A DNA stretch of 52,516 nucleotides from Trichoplax sp. H2 (taxonomy: Eukaryota). The notes below the pieces were generated by a model. It saw nothing but the letters and a program-made list of their open reading frames with translations. It made no database searches and was not told the origin of the DNA. Where the stretch lies: positions 117,558 through 170,073 of the forward strand of contig NOWV01000171.1 in the NCBI GenBank assembly GCA_003344405.1. Reading direction: 5' to 3'. Of the stretch, positions 48,901 to 52,516 are shown in pieces (the first letter of the stretch is position 1; each line of letters starts with the position of its first letter). The position numbers and the translations under genes were made by a program.

Positions 48901-50795
48901 ATATCTACAGTATCTAGTTGAGCCACAGCTGCGAACACTTGGTTTAGAAGATAAAGGAACAGTGCAAGAAAGGTAGCAATTTTCTAAGATATTAATATAG
49001 AATTTGTGTCTTGAGTATCCTAAAGGTCATCATGTATTAATAAAATGAAAATAACTTCTTTCGTTTCGGTATCATCATAGAAAAGGCCGCAAGTTTATTA
49101 TAAGCGTAGCAGCAATGGCTAATGATACTAATGTTTTGCAAAACATCACAACCCGTTTTCAAGAATGGCTGCATGGAAAAAATAGGTAATGAAAAATTGC
49201 TTTCTTATGGGTGCCGAAGCACACATGATATACCATTTCTATCCAAAAACTTTAGTCAAGCTCAGAACTGCAATTAGATGTGCAATGCATATTTAATTAA
49301 CTCGAATAATAACTATTATATGCTAACTAACTATATTTATGGTATGGCATACACTAGATACAGAATTCTTAGAACTAGGCTTTTTAGTATCCGCATGTAG
49401 ACCTACAGAAATGCCAATCCGTATCATAATTTTTTTTATTCTTCCAGTCCCACACTATTTCCATTTACGTATTTTAAAGCAATCTGTAAATGGGCTTGAG
49501 AATACAGCATCATAATTTTCAGTATTTTCCGCTTCCAACTGTATAGTATTCAAACTACCGCTTACTGGCTATCCCTAATAAAATTTGCACATGTTTTTCA
49601 CTAACCTTAGAAATTTTTGGCGCTTTACAATCATGTAGAGTCCCTTTTTAAATTAACGGCCATCTATAATTAACTAGCATAATTGCTTTTTACTTACCGC
49701 AACAAAATATAACTATCTCCAAATCTTAAAATATTCCAATTTATTCAAAGATATTCCGTAGTAAATTTAATTTAGGATTAGTATCAAAATTTATAATATT
49801 ATCTCGATCTTACTATAATCTGGTCGAATTTAAGGCTTCTAGCTTTGTGCTGGCACAATTGTTTTCAATATCATTAACGTATCCATTTAAATTACCGATT
49901 TTAGTATTCCAATTGAATTAAAGGCTATTTATATAATAAATGGAATCAAAATGACTGGTAACGATGAATGGGAAAAGTTACTACGAAAATATGATGCCAC
50001 CAACGACGCTAATTTAAAACGTCTTTATATTAATGCTTTATCTGCTAGTAATAACCAATCTTTACTTAGGCGGTTAGTCCATTTAAATTATTATCGTTTA
50101 ATTTACAGTTTATTTAGTACTTATTTACCTCTCTTAACCATTTCGCATATAATTTGGTTAGACTGCTAGAATTGTCCAAAGATCATACCAAGATACCAAA
50201 ATCTGAAATTATGAACGTCGTCAGCGCTGTCAGTGGCAGTAGAGCTGGCGAAGAAATGGCATGGAATTTTGTAATAGAAAACTGGAAGTACTTCATAGAT
50301 ACGTAAGATTGCTCTAAGTGATTTAGCAAACTTTAGTCGTCTCTAGATATTGTTATATATATATTAATGATTGCGATATTATAATTATTAGATAGAGTTA
50401 TTTATTAAAATATGGGAAAAAAGGTTGATCCATTTATGATTCTTTCTTTTAGCTTCTCTGGTGATCTATTTTTAATGGCTGATTTGATTGATACAGTGAT
50501 AAGCAGCTGTCACAGCGAGACTCAACTAATGAAGGTATTAAAACTACATAATTTTAGCAAGATACAACAATCTCATTGAGACTTGCAAATAAGAAAATCC
50601 GTCCATTCTGAAATCACTATTTTTATTTTGATATGATAGATAAAAGAATTTTTTTCATGTCATGGCGATGCTGGAACTGGTGGACTTGTTGTAAACGAAG
50701 CAATAGAAAAAGTAGAGGCTATTTTCCGATGGAGAAAGAAAAACTACAATGACGCCAGGAACTGGTTTCAGTATATTCAATCAGAAATTGAATAG
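42243..50795 (+). CDS. Gene C: membrane alanyl aminopeptidase (aminopeptidase N-like, M1 family) paralogue. Span is start codon to stop codon.
   Basis: Exon 1 is ORF 42243-42962 with TM anchor [23 protein letters not shown]. Later exons encode [59 protein letters not shown] and a terminal exon ending …[10 protein letters not shown]. Confidence 0.85.
45070..45346 (+). CDS. Gene C exon 2 ([28 protein letters not shown]…[24 protein letters not shown])
   Basis: Within ORF 45059-45394. Acceptor is gctggatag|G and donor is CAT|GTAAGT. Confidence 0.75.
45886..46040 (+). CDS. Gene C catalytic exon ([33 protein letters not shown]…VAHELAHQ)
   Basis: Within ORF 45888-46109. Acceptor is aatag|A and donor is CAG|GTAAGA. 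The exon is 155 nt, as in genes A and B. Confidence 0.85.
50453..50534 (+). CDS. Gene C penultimate exon ([28 protein letters not shown])
   Basis: Acceptor is cttttag|C and donor is AAG|GTATTA. It follows exon …[14 protein letters not shown](T) at 50170-50304. Confidence 0.55.
50640..50795 (+). CDS. Gene C terminal exon ([51 protein letters not shown])
   Basis: Acceptor is gatatgatag|A. Stop is TAG at 50793-50795. AATAAA lies ~100 bp downstream. Confidence 0.7.
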   Translation: MKEFFSCHGDAGTGGLVVNEAIEKVEAIFRWRKKNYNDARNWFQYIQSEIE

Positions 50796-50890
50796 TATAT
50801 TGTGAATGAAAATATGCTCTTTTATCTTTAAAGAATACATTTTAGCTAATAGGAATTGCTTGAGATTGTTCATTACTGCCGTATTAAAGA

Positions 50891-50896
50891 AATAAA
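50891..50896 (+). terminator. Polyadenylation signal AATAAA for gene C
   Basis: AATAAA (with ATTAAA immediately 5' at 50884-50889) lies ~100 bp after the stop codon at 50793-50795. Confidence 0.45.
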
Positions 50897-50999
50897 AGTT
50901 TGTCCGTTATAGTTATTTAATTAGTGTGATCGTTATTCTTGAGTCATTACTGAAATTTGTTCGGTTTATCAAGAGGTAATTTATATCATTTATTCATAT

Positions 51000-51940
51000 T
51001 TACAATAGATTGGCATAAGAAGTATATCTCTAATCACCACTTATAAAATATTTGTTTTTAAATCCCTCGATCAGCCATTTGGAATATTACCGAAATACCC
51101 TAACTACGCTACATTACCGCCAATTTATATACATACTTACATATATTGTAGGACAGGTGTACTTACTATATTTGATTATTTGTGAGGTAGCAATTTATTA
51201 ATTTTAGTAATAGTTCGATTTTTGGCAAAGTACAATAGACTTTAATAGCAGTTACGATATAGTTCTTAGTAATATCATGTACGGGTACTCATTATGTATA
51301 TTCGCTGGCTATTCATAGTTCCAATGATAAATTTATAGTAATCAAGAAGTCTCATGCAATATCATGTAACATTTATCCACTTAAATTGACAATACATTGG
51401 CACTAAAAATTATATCTGATTACCCTTTATCAAATTTTTGTTTTAAAATCTCCTCAATCAGCCATTTGGAATGTTACCGAAATACCATAACTCCGTCATA
51501 AAGCAACTAGGCTATATATACAATCTATCCGTACTCGTATATATTGTAAAGCGTACGTACTGGATAGATTTGATTATTTTTGTGGCAGTTATTTCTAGAT
51601 TTTAATGAATGTCAGATTTTGACGCTCAAACTGAATAAGGACCGTATAGTAGCGCTGGAAAATATTACATAAGAGGTTGAATATGGAAACTCTTATTTTA
51701 ATTATTACCGAAAAGGACAGCACGTCTATTTGATTTGTAAGCGACATTTATGAATATTGATAATCCTGAGAGATATTACATTTGGTAATGTATATAGGCT
51801 TTTTATACCAATTATGGTATAGCTGTTAGTAACATTGTCTACGGATACTCGTTATGTATATTAGCTAGGTATTCATAGTACTAATGATAGATTTGTAAAG
51901 ATTTCTGATGCAATACCTCAGCCTTTACATAATTATATGG
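51000..51940. repeat. Two diverged direct copies of a ~390-bp element downstream of gene C, the second copy carrying a ~180-bp internal insertion
   Basis: Shared blocks: cagccatttggaat(a/g)ttaccgaaatacc at ~51073 and ~51462, and …atcatgtacgggtactcattatgtatattcgctggctattcatagttccaatgataaattt… at ~51270 versus …ttgtctacggatactcgttatgtatattagctaggtattcatagtactaatgatagattt… at ~51830. Confidence 0.65.
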
Positions 51941-52516
51941 GTCTAGTCAATCTGCAAACGATTTGGTTGTAATATTAAACTAAAAACACTCAGAGTTAGC
52001 TACTTTACTTTGCTTTTTTACGCGTTGTAGAGCAGCTATCAATAGAACTTGATTAAAAATCACCAATACTTATTTAGTTAGTTGAATGCGAGACGACAGT
52101 AATAAAAACATTAAGGTTTTTAGTGAGCTAATACAATATACCGTGGTAAAATTATGAGTTACATCATAAATTTCCGCATTCATATTCAGGTATTATCTAC
52201 AAAGATCGATCTTAGTATTGAATCCTTTTCATAATAGATGAAATAGTCACGCCATTTTATTCTGAGCAATTGGAAGGAGTGTAAAAATTAGCTATACTTA
52301 AATTAAAAATTTAAAGTAAAAATGAACGTATTTCCGATCACTGCATGCTGTGTGGACAGCGATATTTCGGTACAGTTTTTATATTATACTCGTAAACCCA
52401 CAATGAAATAGTAGATAAAAATATTTATCTAAATGCGTTTTCTTGCTATTTCACCACTTGTTATGATTTTTGACCATTATTATATTTGTGAGAGTGTTAC
52501 CACATTTGCTGGCATC

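Noticed and set aside
1-52516. A prokaryotic interpretation (operon, defence island or CRISPR array), given the 156-bp repeats and the mention of an undescribed system in the prompt
   Set aside because: Every substantial coding region is interrupted by GT...AG introns with GTAAGT-type donors. Genes have TATA boxes and AATAAA signals, and the encoded proteins are metazoan-type (APN/CD13-like, ankyrin/ZU5/death domain). The tandem repeat has no unique spacers between units, so it is not a CRISPR array.

Overview
This window is eukaryotic, AT-rich metazoan genomic DNA. Genes are split into many short exons with GT...AG introns, often GTAAGT donors. There are no prokaryotic operons, CRISPR arrays or defence islands. 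The first six bases are AAGCTT (HindIII), so the window probably starts at a clone boundary.

Three tandem, same-strand (+) paralogous genes encode type-II membrane M1-family zinc aminopeptidases (aminopeptidase N / CD13-like). Each has an N-terminal cytoplasmic tail plus signal-anchor TM, a GAMEN-type exopeptidase motif, the HEXXH zinc site and the WLNE(G/A)FA second zinc ligand. Gene A runs 143-9583, gene B 30226-39273, gene C 42243-50795. All three have a large first coding exon (~0.7 kb) ending in intron phase 2, then a long first intron (2-3 kb) and many ~80-280 bp exons.

Between gene A and gene B, on the minus strand, is a compact ankyrin-like gene (about 11738-22621). Its first exon opens with ATG, and ~100-nt exons each encode one ANK repeat. 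A 923-nt exon encodes a ZU5(/UPA)-like region and a terminal exon encodes a death domain. This gene converges 3'-to-3' with gene A and diverges from gene B across a 7.6 kb non-coding spacer. The spacer contains a 156-bp satellite-like array of about four copies, in which two diverged unit variants (A and B) alternate.

Other content includes a ~259-bp tandem repeat in intron 1 of gene B, a ~182-bp tandem duplication in an ankyrin intron, and diverged ~390-bp direct repeats downstream of gene C. There is also a decayed C2H2-zinc-finger-like ORF in intron 1 of gene A. Gene B and gene C have TATA/CCAAT-type promoter elements.

Exon coordinates marked precise were derived by hand from splice-site consensus, reading-frame continuity and paralogue alignment. 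Most small internal exons are not individually listed. The organism cannot be determined from the sequence alone.
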